A stretch of 64,000 bases of DNA. Origin: Camelus ferus. Lineage: Eukaryota. Positions 50,477 through 62,469 of the stretch are shown piece by piece (the stretch's first letter is position 1; each line of letters starts with the position of its first letter). The DNA lies in the NCBI RefSeq assembly GCF_009834535.1, contig NC_045696.1, positions 45,572,001 to 45,636,000 on the forward strand. The letters are read 5' to 3'. Made by a program: the position numbers and the translations under genes. The notes beneath the pieces are model-generated. The model did no database searches. It was not told the DNA's origin and worked only from the letters and a program-made list of their open reading frames with translations.

Positions 50477-52824
50477 TCACTGCCATGTGCTCCTAAGCGG
50501 CCAGTCCTCCCTAGAGGCCTCTGTTCTTGTTCCCACACTGCCCTGCCAGAACCCCTGTCCAAGGCCTTGACACCACGTTGTCAGCAACAGTTTCTTGTCT
50601 CTCCCCTACTACCCAGAAACTGACATAAAATACACATGCAAGAAAAGATTTTACAAGCAAAATGAAGAAAAAAACAGGAAGGCAATGGGTCCCTGAGGTA
50701 GACGGAAAACCAGAAGTGAAACAATTCACAGACTTTTCTGGACTCAGTCCCTATCAACACCATTAACAGAGCTGAATTCCAACAGTTTGAAACTAATTTT
50801 AGTGCTCTAAAAATTATACCAAAAATATATTCTCCCAAGTGAGAAGTTACCATTTTTCCTTACATCCATAACACATTATCCTTCTATGACACTTAACATA
50901 CTCTGCTTTGGTCAGAGTTGTAAATATATGTCTATACACATACATACCTATTTGAGCGTGTAAGTGTCTGCATTTGTCCCAAACTAAGTCATAAACTCCT
51001 CTAGTGTAAGGATTAAGGATTGTTGTAGAAGAAAAGAAGAAAAAGCATGTTGTTTCACTTTTATTGGAGAGACGCATGACATCCGCCTGAGGCTGAGTAA
51101 CTACCTCGGCTCAGTGTCATAGGTTCCCTTTGTTACTTGAGTATAACTGAGGATTCCTTCATTCTCACGCCTCCACAAGAAATGCCCTTTTTGTGATCCA
51201 CAGGGAAAGGAGGACTTCATAAAGGAAACACACCTAAAAAAGTTAAGTGACCAAACATAAAAAAACACTTTTGGAAAAGACAAAAAAAATCTGAGAGTAT
51301 ACATTTGCAAAGAAGCCAAATGTATGTTTTGTTTTTTAAAGTTGAGGAGCCTTTGTTTAAAGGAGCAAGGGGACACTGACATTGAAGATTTATAAAGAGG
51401 GTATGAGGTATTTTCAAGTGAGTGAAGAGTTGACAGTTACCTTTTATCAGTCAGATTTAGCATTTAGAACAAGAAGTTCTGTTAATGATGGAGAAGCTAG
51501 TTTCCCCGTGAGAATCATGTCTTTTTTCTCCCTAATCACTGGATCCACCATAATGTTTGGTACCACATCTTACAAACAGTAGGTACTCAAGGTTTGTTCA
51601 AATGAAAAATGATCCGAACCCGCTTCTCATCACTAGTGGAATAAATCAGGATCACATGAGACAAAGCTCAGTTACTCTATTTGAGATTAGACCTCTGAGA
51701 GGCATACTTAACCTGTGCAGATTCTTTGTACTAATCTGGTAAAACTTTTCGATGAAAAGGCTAATACGTCATCAAACTGACTTAGGAATGACAAAATCCA
51801 TGTGACTGCATCCTCCAGACACACATACAGATTATTAACTACTTTGCAAAGATTATTGCAGCTTTTTATTTTGACAAATATTGTAGAAGATTATGGTTTT
51901 AGAACATGCTTGACCTGGAAATCATATTGTTAATTCCGCATTTTCCTAAGAATTTGAAGCTAAATTCTGCAATAACACTGCTACTTATGAAGTACATTGT
52001 CCTCAAATGCACCGAATTATTAAAAAAAAACTGAAATCAAAAAACCTGCACAGTTGTGTTCTAGTCCTAATTAACCAGGTGACAATACTTCTCTGTGTTG
52101 TGTGAACTCTTAGATCCCACTAGAGTTCTAAAATTCCGTGAGCCTGTGAAGTCAACTATGGATGATCCAGGACGACAGCAGCACTGCCACATTCGTCAGT
52201 CATGTCTGACTCTGTGTTGTCAAAGACATCACTTCCAACGCCTGAACCACACGACTCCTAAGCCCTATTTGACATCCGACGGCAGGACAGGATCATTAAA
52301 GGCCCTGATTATAACCAGTCAGCTATTCCCAGAGCAATGCTCATTACTAAGCAACTCAGTTAAGCTGAGCAGAAGGCTGAGAGGCATCATTCCGTACAAG
52401 CGCACATATATCTTTGAGTGTGAAAAAAATTTTAAAGGTGGAATCATAGTCTGTGCAGGCGAAAGATGTGATTTAGGGATACCATGAAGCAGAGATGTTT
52501 TAAAAAATTATATACATACTTCTAAAAAACAGAGGCATGTACAGAATGAATAGGGGCGCAAAAATTAAAAATGGTGTGCTTTGGTTAAACTTAAAGCTGG
52601 GGAGCAAAGAAACATGATAACACTCTGAAAAATTTTCTTAAGCAGCTAGAAGCCAAACCAAAGATTGTCACTGTGGAGATTGTGTGGAATTGCGATCCAG
52701 TCAAGCACCTACACATTACCCCACCTACACATGTTAACACAAGCAGTGTCGGGGGCAACACCTTCTCTCCCCTTCAAGGGTCACTGTCCTCTCACCTGGT
52801 ATTTCACAAACTTTACTGTGCAGA

Positions 52825-53030
52825 GAAATCCATTTGTGAGTTCAGGTGTGTATTCCTAAGGCCATCACCAGAGAGTCTGATTCAACAAATCTGTGCCAAA
52901 GTTCAGGACTCTTCATTGAAAAGTATCCTCAGAAAAAAATTAAATTAAATAAGTAAATAAATAAATAAAAACACATCCAGAGATGGAAAAAAAAAGTATC
53001 TTCAGGCTATGACACGGGAAACTTGGTAAC
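52825..53030. mobile_element. MER5-like hAT fragment carrying a short A-rich insertion
   Basis: attcctaaggccatcaccagagagtctgattcaacaaatctg motif. Confidence 0.55.
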
Positions 53031-55769
53031 CTTATTTTGAGAAATGCCTCAAGCAAATGTTGGGAAAAGGGAAAGTGGGTCTTTTTCTGTTGCTTGGCTG
53101 CCCCCCATACCTCAATGTCATATGCTTCTTCTTTGGCCCCCAGCTACCAGCTGGACCTCAAATCACTTAATTCCGGACAATAGCTAAAACAACTAATTCT
53201 AGATGGTCTAGATAAGCTACTGGCTTACACAGAGGCAACCACAGAAAGATAAATGTGAGCCAAACCACATTTCCCTGTATTGCCCCACACCTTTGTTCTC
53301 AACACCTTGTGAAGGCTGATCTATCAGATTCTACCGAAGAGTTAGTGGTAACTAATTGTAAGTACTACACAGAAAGAAATTCATTTTATTTAATTGTCTC
53401 CAAAATTCAACAGAAAAGCACACAAAACTGATAAACCCTTCATAGAATTACATTTTAGACATATCCAGACTCTTAGTTATCCTTTTCTTCATGACTGCCC
53501 TTTTCAAAAGCATAAGTTGCACCTCTTGTCAGGAAAACCATACCCTCTTCCTAAATATAATACACCAGACATTGTCATACTCAAGAGTCTAAAGTTTCCC
53601 AAGTCTGCATTATGACATTAGCCATAACTGTCTGTGGCATTAGCGTACTGGTGGGATTGAATTGCTTTCCTGATCAATTACAATCTCTTTGAGAGCATGG
53701 TTTCTACTACTTTGTCTTTGTAAACTCTTATGGCGTAAGCTTCCATATACCTAGATATTAATTAGCAGTGACTTAGTGTCCTAGAGATTTGACAAACAGA
53801 AAAGCTAGGATAAAGTTTTATTATAATTGTCGTTGTTGTTATTGTTGAGTTTTGTTTCTGAAGGAAGAATACTGCATCGGTGATGAGTCTTAGAAAATTA
53901 ATGAGAGAGTCCTTGGGTATTTCCAATACAGTCTTTTCAACAGAACAGATACTGAACCAAAACCAGCTTATGTAAACTGCCAATCATTTCCTAACATTTT
54001 GGATAAATGGTAGAAATAATTTAGTGGGTTAAATATTACTTCGGGGTTTCTCATATGCATTTGGTATTTATAGGAAGTCTCAGATACTCAAAAGTGCAGG
54101 AAGAAAGAGTACACCCCTTAGAGAACATTGACCCCTGTTACTACCAGAGAAACCACTGGTCTCAGCACATTTTAATTCAGTCCAGCAGGGTTTGCAGGCC
54201 TTGTCACACTAACACTGAAGAGCTGTTATACAGATATTTTATTGACTTCAGTTTGTAGTCATTGAGTCTACTTGTGAGTAGAATGCTAAAAGGAGAGGAA
54301 ATAATTGCTAATAAGGTGCACATTTCAGAAAACAACTGCATCATAGAACATGGGAATAAAAATGTTTCACAATCTAATGCTCCTAGATTTTAAATAAGGC
54401 TTCATCTCACACTAGTGACTCCAGACAAAGATATATTGGTAATAATGGAATTTATTGAGCATTTTTTAGATAGGCCTTATGCTAAGTGCTTGACATCTAC
54501 TATGTTATTTGAGTGATTTGACTGGCTAAAAATCAGCTTCCTTAGTGGGTTAATTTCTGTAAGAATTTAAATAAGATCATAAATTAGAAAGTGCTAGGTA
54601 TGGTGTCTATATGTAGTAAGTGCTCAATAAATTCTAGGTCATCTTTTTCATTACATAATTTTGTCTTTGTAATCGGTTTTAGTAGGTTTTGTGTTGTTAA
54701 ACTATGTAGACTTCTGGGAATTTATTTGTAAAATCATTTTCATACAAGGGAAAACAAATACTATGTTCTAATAAAGTTAATGAGGATAGACGGCTATGCG
54801 AAGCTTGGAAAACAAAAATATTTCACCTGGAAGATTCAAATAGGACCAATGTCAGGAGTGTATTGATCAGACAGCAACCTACATGGCATGATGGAAACAG
54901 AAAACCCTTCTATTTTGCTGCTATTCCCTCTGCTACTCTCTCTAAACTAATCACAAGCATAATTGTAAGTTGCTGTTGTAGAACATGGCATTTACCATAG
55001 GTCAGTCTTCTCCTTCACTCCAAAGTTCCTCCCTTCTTCCCTCTCTTCCTCTTTCCTCTGAGTGATAGTTTCAAATACTCCACTGTTAAAAGGCACATAC
55101 CTTTAGAAGGTCTTATCCTTAGCCCTGGATGTATATTAGAATTACCTGAGGTAATTTTCTAAAGTACAAGAAAATCCGAAATAATTACTCACTAGTGTTT
55201 TTGTTCCAAGATGAAGACAGAATCTTCAGGTAGAACTAGGTAGGTAGAAGCAAATGTATAATCTTTAAATAGATTCATGTGTTCCATTTTATTTTGTAGC
55301 TGATTATCTGTGTCCTAATCCTTACTAGCATTATTCATGTGTGATGTTCCTCTTAAGAAATTCATACATTTTAAATCCTATATAATAGAATCAATAATAG
55401 TTATACCTAGCCTTTCTACTTTATAAAGCTATAAAGCACATAGCAATTAAAGAGTTGATTAAAACATCACTCAAAGGTGGGGAAAATATAAAAAAAAGTA
55501 TGTTAGTATGAATAAGATGAAGGAAATAAATTTACCTTAAGTTACAAATCTAGCACATTCTTTTGGAATTTAAAAATGGCCCAGTACAGACCCAAGGTTG
55601 TTCTAAGTAATACTCAGAAACAATGAAAAAAATTTTTTACAAATCAACTGAAAGCTACCACTATCTGATTTACTCTGCTTATGGAATAAAATACGGAAAG
55701 GGGTAATTCACCTCAGTAATTGATGTTTTCATGCTGTTGCAGACAATGTTAGTTAACCCCTGATAAACC

Positions 55770-56252
55770 TGTTGTTCCCTCTCCCTTTAGAAAAGAACTA
55801 CTCTTATTGATTTTGTTCAGTCCACTTCCCACAAGTGGCTCAGTAGACTCAGATCAGGGGGATGTTTCCATATGTCCCAATAATCTATTTAGACTGGGCA
55901 AATGACTCAGGTATGTCCAATGAGGTATGAGAGAAGATCTGTTGGAAGACTCCTGGTTTGACTTTCTGTGCTCTTAAAAACAGACACACAGGAAGAAAAG
56001 GTACTTTCTGGCTAGAGGGTGTCATGCCTTCTGTGATCCTGGAATTGTGGCATCCTTTTGAAACCACTGGTGGAGCTAAGCTGATGGGCTAAAGATGACA
56101 AGGTGGAAAGAAGAAAGAACCTGGGTTGATGTCACTGAGCTGCTGAATTAAGTAACTCTAGAACTGCTCTATCTCAGGACATTTCACTATGTGTAAACTT
56201 TTGTATTCCTTAATAAACTGATTGACTTATTGCTCACAGCATCCTGAAACAC
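55770..56252 (+). mobile_element. MaLR LTR (MLT1K/L-like)
   Basis: gaaagaacctgggttgatgtcactgagctgctgaatt...tctcaggacatttcactatgtg...cacagcatcctgaaaca. Confidence 0.7.
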
Positions 56253-56298
56253 AAGTTCATTATAGAAATTTAAAAATTGCACTACCATATGATCCAGT

Positions 56299-56399
56299 GG
56301 GGTAGGGGTTATCTCAGTGGTAGAGTGTGTGCTCAGTGTGCACAAGGTCCTGGGTTCAATCTCAGAACTGCCATTAAAAAAAAGAAAGAAAGAAAAGAG
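56299..56399 (+). mobile_element. tRNA-derived SINE, camelid vic-1-like
   Basis: ggggtaggggttatctcagtggtagagtgtgtgctcagtgtgcacaaggtcctgggttcaatctcag; A and B boxes; A-rich tail; 24-bp duplication at 56275-56298 and 56400-56423. Confidence 0.88.
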
Positions 56400-56487
56400 A
56401 ATTGCACTACTATATGCTCCAGTAATTCCACTCCTGAGTATCTAAAAAAAAAAAAAAATGAAAACATTAATTTGAAAAGATACATGA

Positions 56488-56862
56488 AGATTCTTTTCCA
56501 TTATAGGTTATTAAAAGATACTGAATATTATTCCCTGTGCTATGCAGTAGGTCCTTGTTGTTTATCTATTTTATATATAGTAATGTATATCTCTTAATTC
56601 CAAACTCCTAATTTATCCCTCCTCCTTCCTGTCCCCTTTGGTAATTTTAAATTTGTTTTCTATGTCTGTAAGTCTATTTCTGTTTTATAAATAAGTTCAT
56701 TTGTATCATTTTTCAGATTCCACATATAAGTGATATCATATTACATTTATCATTCTCTTTCTGACTTACTTCAATTACTATGATAGTCTCTGGGTCTATC
56801 CATGTTGCTGCAAATGACATTATTTCAGTCTTTTTTATGGCTGAGTAATATTCCACTGAACG

Positions 56863-56911
<49 letters not shown>

Positions 56912-57260
56912 CATATCTTCTTTATTCCTTCATCTGTTGACGGGCATTTAGGTTGCTTCCATGTGTTGGCTATTGTAAGTAGTCCTGCTATGAACATTGG
57001 GGTGCATGTATCTCTTTGAATTAGTTTTTGTCTTTTCCAGCTATATGCCCAGGAGTGGGATTGTTGGATCTTATGTTAACTCTATTTTTAATTTTTAAAG
57101 GAACTCCCATACTGTTCTTTATAGTGGCTACACTGATTTATACACTCCCACCAACAGTGTAGGAGGGTTTCCATTTCTCCACACCCTCTCCAGCATTAGT
57201 ATTTCTAGACTTTTTGATGATGGCCATTCTGATCAGTGCTACCTCACTCTAGTTTTTGTT

Positions 57261-57265
<5 letters not shown>
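56488..57265 (-). mobile_element. Inner antisense L1 3' fragment lacking its polyA end
   Basis: Translates to [27 protein letters not shown]; 3'UTR type differs from the outer element; (CA)n at 56864-56908. Confidence 0.92.

Positions 57266-57345
<80 letters not shown>
57264..57345. repeat. Compound (TA)n(GA)n microsatellite
   Basis: Directly visible. Confidence 0.98.
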
Positions 57346-57348
<3 letters not shown>

Positions 57349-59773
57349 AAACTAGTGGTTACCAGTAGGATGAGGGAAGTAGGGGCAAGATAGAGATAGT
57401 GGTTTGTACCTCTTAATGCCCTATGTATAAAATAAATAAGCAACAAGGACACAAAGTACAACACAGGGAATACAGCCAATATTTTTAAATAACTACAAAT
57501 GAAATATGACATTTAAAAATTGCAAATCACTCTATTGTGCACCTGAAATTTATATAATACTGTACATCAACTATACCTCAATAGAAATGTTCATTATAGA
57601 AATTTGTGCACAGAGTAATCTAAAGAAAAAACATATTTCATAAGCACTATTAATATTTTCTCCATGTTAAAATTATATATTTTATATTAAGTGAATATAA
57701 TTTAGTACACGAATTTTTCATTTAATATTTTAAGGTTTTTCCCTTATGCTATAAAAATTCATAAATAAAATTTTCAAGACTTATTGATATACCATACTCT
57801 GCCCAAACATTTTTGCATTGTTAACTATTAAATTCCTTTTATGTATTTCCCCATACAAATAACCCTGTAATAAATGCTAGAGTGTTGTATAGCAGAATTA
57901 TTTAGCTAGGTAGTCTGTTTCATTTATTTGTTAATCTAATAAATATCTATTGAGTACTTATATGCTAAATACACTGAAATGCAAAGTTGAAAGAAACAAT
58001 TCTTGCTCATGGGAGTTTAAGTGCAGTACAAGACAAAACCATGAAAATGAACAAATACAAAAGAAATTTATAAGCATTTCAGTGTTTTAGGCAAGGTAAA
58101 ATCAAATGAATGACTAAATGGATAGTAGCTTTTATACTATGAAAATTCAATGGGTGAATAAATGGATAACAGTTTCTATAGCAGAAAAATAAATTATATT
58201 AAAAAATTTTTAAAAAGCAATAAAAAATTCAGATGAGAACGAAAGAAACCTTTATAATAACTGCCTGTAATGGACACTACTAACTGCCCGTATTATATAT
58301 TATGTAGTCTTATGTTATATATTCCTCACAATATATAATGCCAAGTTTGTTGAGGTGCATACAGACCTCAGCTCAAGTGAGTCAAGGAAAGTGAGCCAAT
58401 TTGGAGCTCAAGCATAGATTCTGATGGCCTAAAACCAGTAATTTTAAATTCCATTTCCCAAGTCAAGCATAGCATCACTTTGGTGTTTTTGGCTCAGCGG
58501 CAGGTATGTGACTTCAGCTGGCTGAATTAGAAGAGAGGAGAAAACACGAATATGTCATATTTGGTAGAGTTTGGTAGTTCACAAAAGTAGATGGACAAGG
58601 ATGCACGTTGTCCCAGTTGCTGCTGCCAGCCATTGACATAAGCTGAGGGAAAAAATCTGAAAGACGAAACTAAGACATGAAAGGGGACAGACAGAGGTGA
58701 AGAACTACAGATGGAAGAAGTAGAATTACCCAGTTGCTTGGTCAGTCATCCGGATTCCACTGCTCTGAAATTTGCAGCTAAAATCAACTTAGTTACCCTA
58801 AAATATTAAGGAAAAATTAACAAAAACTCAAATTATACAAACTATTTTGGAAAAATTTTATCTAAAGAAAGCAATTTAAAGGGAGCTGAGAATCCTTGAC
58901 ACTAGTCTATGTAGTATCTAGGCTGCTTACTAGAGAGTAATAGATTAATCAGTTCACCTTCATAAGCTGTGAGTAGAAAAATTCGAACTAGAATAAAAAT
59001 CAAGGCCTTTTCTATATCTAAGTATATTGGATTTTATGTGTTCAAGATGTTTTATTAGGTGAAAACACCTTGGTTTTGTAATATAGTGGATATAGTGGAA
59101 ATAGAGGGATATACTTCTAGATAAAAATAGAAAGGTAAAAGGCAATCCCACAGGCAGATAGAAAATGAATTGAGAAGATGGGGAGACAAATGAATCAATA
59201 GGTGCACTAATGGATGGTTAGACAAAGGGAAGGACAACAGTAGGAACACACGGACAGATAACAGTTCAGATAGATAAACAAACATCCTCATGAGTGAAGA
59301 CTAATGTACGAAAGGTAGAGAAATAATGGCTGACATAGAAGACAGGCAGGAAGGTATAAAGACAAGAAGAAGGGCTTAAATTAGCCACTGTGCCATCCAT
59401 GCTTTTTAAAGACAATATGTACGCACATATATATCCACGTATTTTAATGTGGAGGTATATATTTTCACTTCCTTTATATATACGGGACTAAGTCAAAATA
59501 GCTAGTGCAACTTTACACAGTCAGAAAGGACAGAGCAGGCATATGAACTGAAGGCTGGCCACCTCCAAAGCCATGTGCTTGCCTTCATTCCAGCAGGCGT
59601 AACAATAGTGCAGGGCAGCCCAGATAGAGGTATTACAGTAAAACTGCAGCAACAACAAAACCCAAATAGCAGCAAATACTGTTAAAATCTACTACCTAGT
59701 TTTTGAAAGTTATATTTGAATAAGAAAATAAACAATCATATATATATATACACACACATCTCTGAGATACATA

Positions 59774-59805
<32 letters not shown>

Positions 59806-61004
59806 CTGATAAAGATCGAAGTTAAGTAAGAAAACCAAGCAATATCAAGCAAAACTGTTTATTTTACCATTGGAGGTAATTTTATTAATTCAGTGTACAT
59901 TTTTAGAAACTAGGGTTTCATTATGTTTCAGAAGAATGAGAGAATAACAAATTTAGATTTATGCTATATAATAAGAATTTCTATCCTAATATTAAATTAC
60001 TCTAATATTCTTGGCTAGTGTGGTCCACACTGTTACAGCAAATGTATGTTAGATTAATCTGTGTTTTGAATAAGCATAAGCTGATTATAGTAGATAACAT
60101 ATTCAGTAATAGATCATGAAAAAAAATGCATAGTAGCTAAGCTCAGATGTAACTGGGGGAAATGGTTCCTGTGGTCCCTGTGGTTTACACCAAGTTGAAT
60201 GATACTGCTGAGTTGCATACTACCAGTTACCTATCAGTTGTGGGTTAGTATAATGAATTAACATTGGTTTTAGTCATGAGCCAGTCACTGTAGAAAAGCA
60301 CTTGTTATGAAATGCACAGGGCCAGAGTTTCATTACAGAGCCACAAAATCTAATCTATAGACCTTTGCCCCTTGCTGTTTGAGAAACTCAACAAAGCAAA
60401 GAGCTTATTACTGATATTGCTGTTACACTAAGAAGTACTCTAAGAACACATGTTGAGAAGTTATGAGAACTTATACATGTAGCTCCAGCTGAAAAACTAA
60501 AACAGATGGGACCAGTGAGCTACCTCCAATAATTTTTACCTGAGATTCTTAGTGTTTTTCCTAATTCAGCATATGGAATAGATTGCCCATGACTATGATT
60601 TATTACATGGATATATCCAGTTTTTGATATTTCCTTCAAGATTAAAAAAGGACTGGGTTTCAGGGTGGAATAAGGGGGAAAGTAACCCAAAACCGACATT
60701 ATAGTTTGGTTCCTTGTTTGTTTTGCTTTGTTTTAAATGTTATATTAATTAACCATATGCCAGAAATGATCACTTGGTCTAGAGAGAGGCAGGGACAAGA
60801 CAGGCTGCCTTTCCACAACTTATGATCTGCTAACTTTGAGGTTCTATCAAATTCTTTCCTACTCAAAAAAAAAAAAAAAAAAAAAAAAGCACATCAGTAT
60901 TCAAGTAGTGGGAGTGACATTATTACAGGAATAACTTTGGATCCACTTTCATCTGTAAGACTGTAGAGTTTGCAAACTTTAGCTCTTTAACCAAGACACC
61001 ACAT

Positions 61005-62235
61005 TCTCCCTGATTTTCCATTGCCTCTCTGTTCTTTATTGGTTTCCTTTGTGAATTTTTCTCATCTCCCCCATCTCTTATTATTGATGTGTCTCAGGAT
61101 ACAGTCCTTGGACAGCTTCTCTTACCGACCCACACTTAATCCCTCATCCTTATTTCATTTTTATCTATTCCCATGGCTTTAAATACTATTTGCCAATGAC
61201 TCTCAAATTTCAATCTCCAGCCCAGACCTCTTTTGTGAACTGTAGATTTGAATATTCAATTGCCTAACCACTATCTTCTTCTGGATGTCTAATGGTCATC
61301 TCCAACTTAACATGTTTAAAACTGAGCTTCTGATCTTCTGTGTCCACCGCCTTATACATACCACCTGCCAAACAAGCTTCTCTGGTCTCCCAGTTGCTCA
61401 GTTCCAAATTGTAGGAATCTTTTTCATTCATTCCTTTCTCAAACCCATTCTCTTTTACATCTTAAATTTGATTGTAAATCTTGCCATCTATAACATCGAA
61501 ATACATCCAGAATCTAACCACTCATCACTCCATCCAGTGCTGCTACCCTTGTCCAAACTATTACCATTTCTTTCCAGGATTATTGTAATGGCCTCCGAAT
61601 CATCTTCCCTACTTTCACCTTTGCTCCCTTCCATTCTACTGTCAAAATGGTGGCAGAGTGATCCTTTTAAAACGAAAGTCAGATCATGACACCTTTGTCC
61701 AAAAATCTCCAAAGGCTCCCAGAGAGTTCAGAGTAAAACTCAAGGCCTCCCAGTGGCTCACAAGGCCCTATACATTCTGGTTCACTGCTACCGCTCTGCC
61801 CAAATATGCTATTGGTTCAGGTACAACAGTCCTGTTCCTTTTCCTCTAACACCCGAGGTCTCTCTTTCTTCAGAAGTTTTGCACTCTCTCTGCCTAGAAT
61901 GCTCTTCTTTGGGACATTTACATGACCAAGTCCCCATCACTTCATTCTGGGCTTTATTCAAATGTCACCGTTTCAGTTGGAGCCTTCCCAGACACCGTAT
62001 CAAAAAGCTCAAAACCCCTTTCACCCTAGTCCCCCTTTTTCCACCTTAATTTTATCCTTAATATTTATTACATTCTAATGAATTATACATCATATTCATC
62101 TTATTTACATTTTCTGTCTCCTTACAACAGAAAATGAGCTCCAAGGGAAGTCATATCTTTCTGTTTTGATCACTGTTATCACCAGCATTTAAAAAGCAGC
62201 TGGCACAAGATAGAAGCTCAAGATTTGTCAGATGT
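61005..62235 (+). mobile_element. L2 LINE, 3' ~1.2 kb
   Basis: tcccatggctttaaatac, ctccagcccagacctc, ggatgtctaatggtcatctccaacttaacatg, cagagtgatccttttaaaacgaaagtcagatcatg; tail gctggcacaagatagaagctcaa. Confidence 0.9.
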
Positions 62236-62469
62236 AAAGAGTAGTAACTAATGATTTTTGGCCTATTTCACAGCTGTTGATAGAAGCCATTGTTTTAGAG
62301 GGATGGTCTAGATGTGAGTAATGCAGATCACATTATAAGGACTCAGTTCAAAATGTTACAGCTTATCCCAATTATCTCCCCTAATGTCTAGTGTGCTAGT
62401 GGAATAGACAATAATTAAAGACTGAAATTTTGTTTTTGTATTTCTCTATGTAGTTGGAACAACATGTGA

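Larger units (their letters stand above)
56272..57588 (+). mobile_element. 5'-truncated L1 (outer element) with 17-bp TSD
   Basis: TSD gttcattatagaaattt at 56255-56271 and 57589-57605; sense L1 sequence at 56272-56487 and 57340-57585. Confidence 0.85.

Noticed and set aside
56299..56375. tRNA gene
   Set aside because: Degenerate stems, A-rich tail and TSD show it is a SINE.
58498..58503. 6-nt plus-strand microexon (ctcag|CGGCAG|gtatgt)
   Set aside because: G-interrupted pyrimidine tract, no nearby UGC, no host gene context; likely chance.
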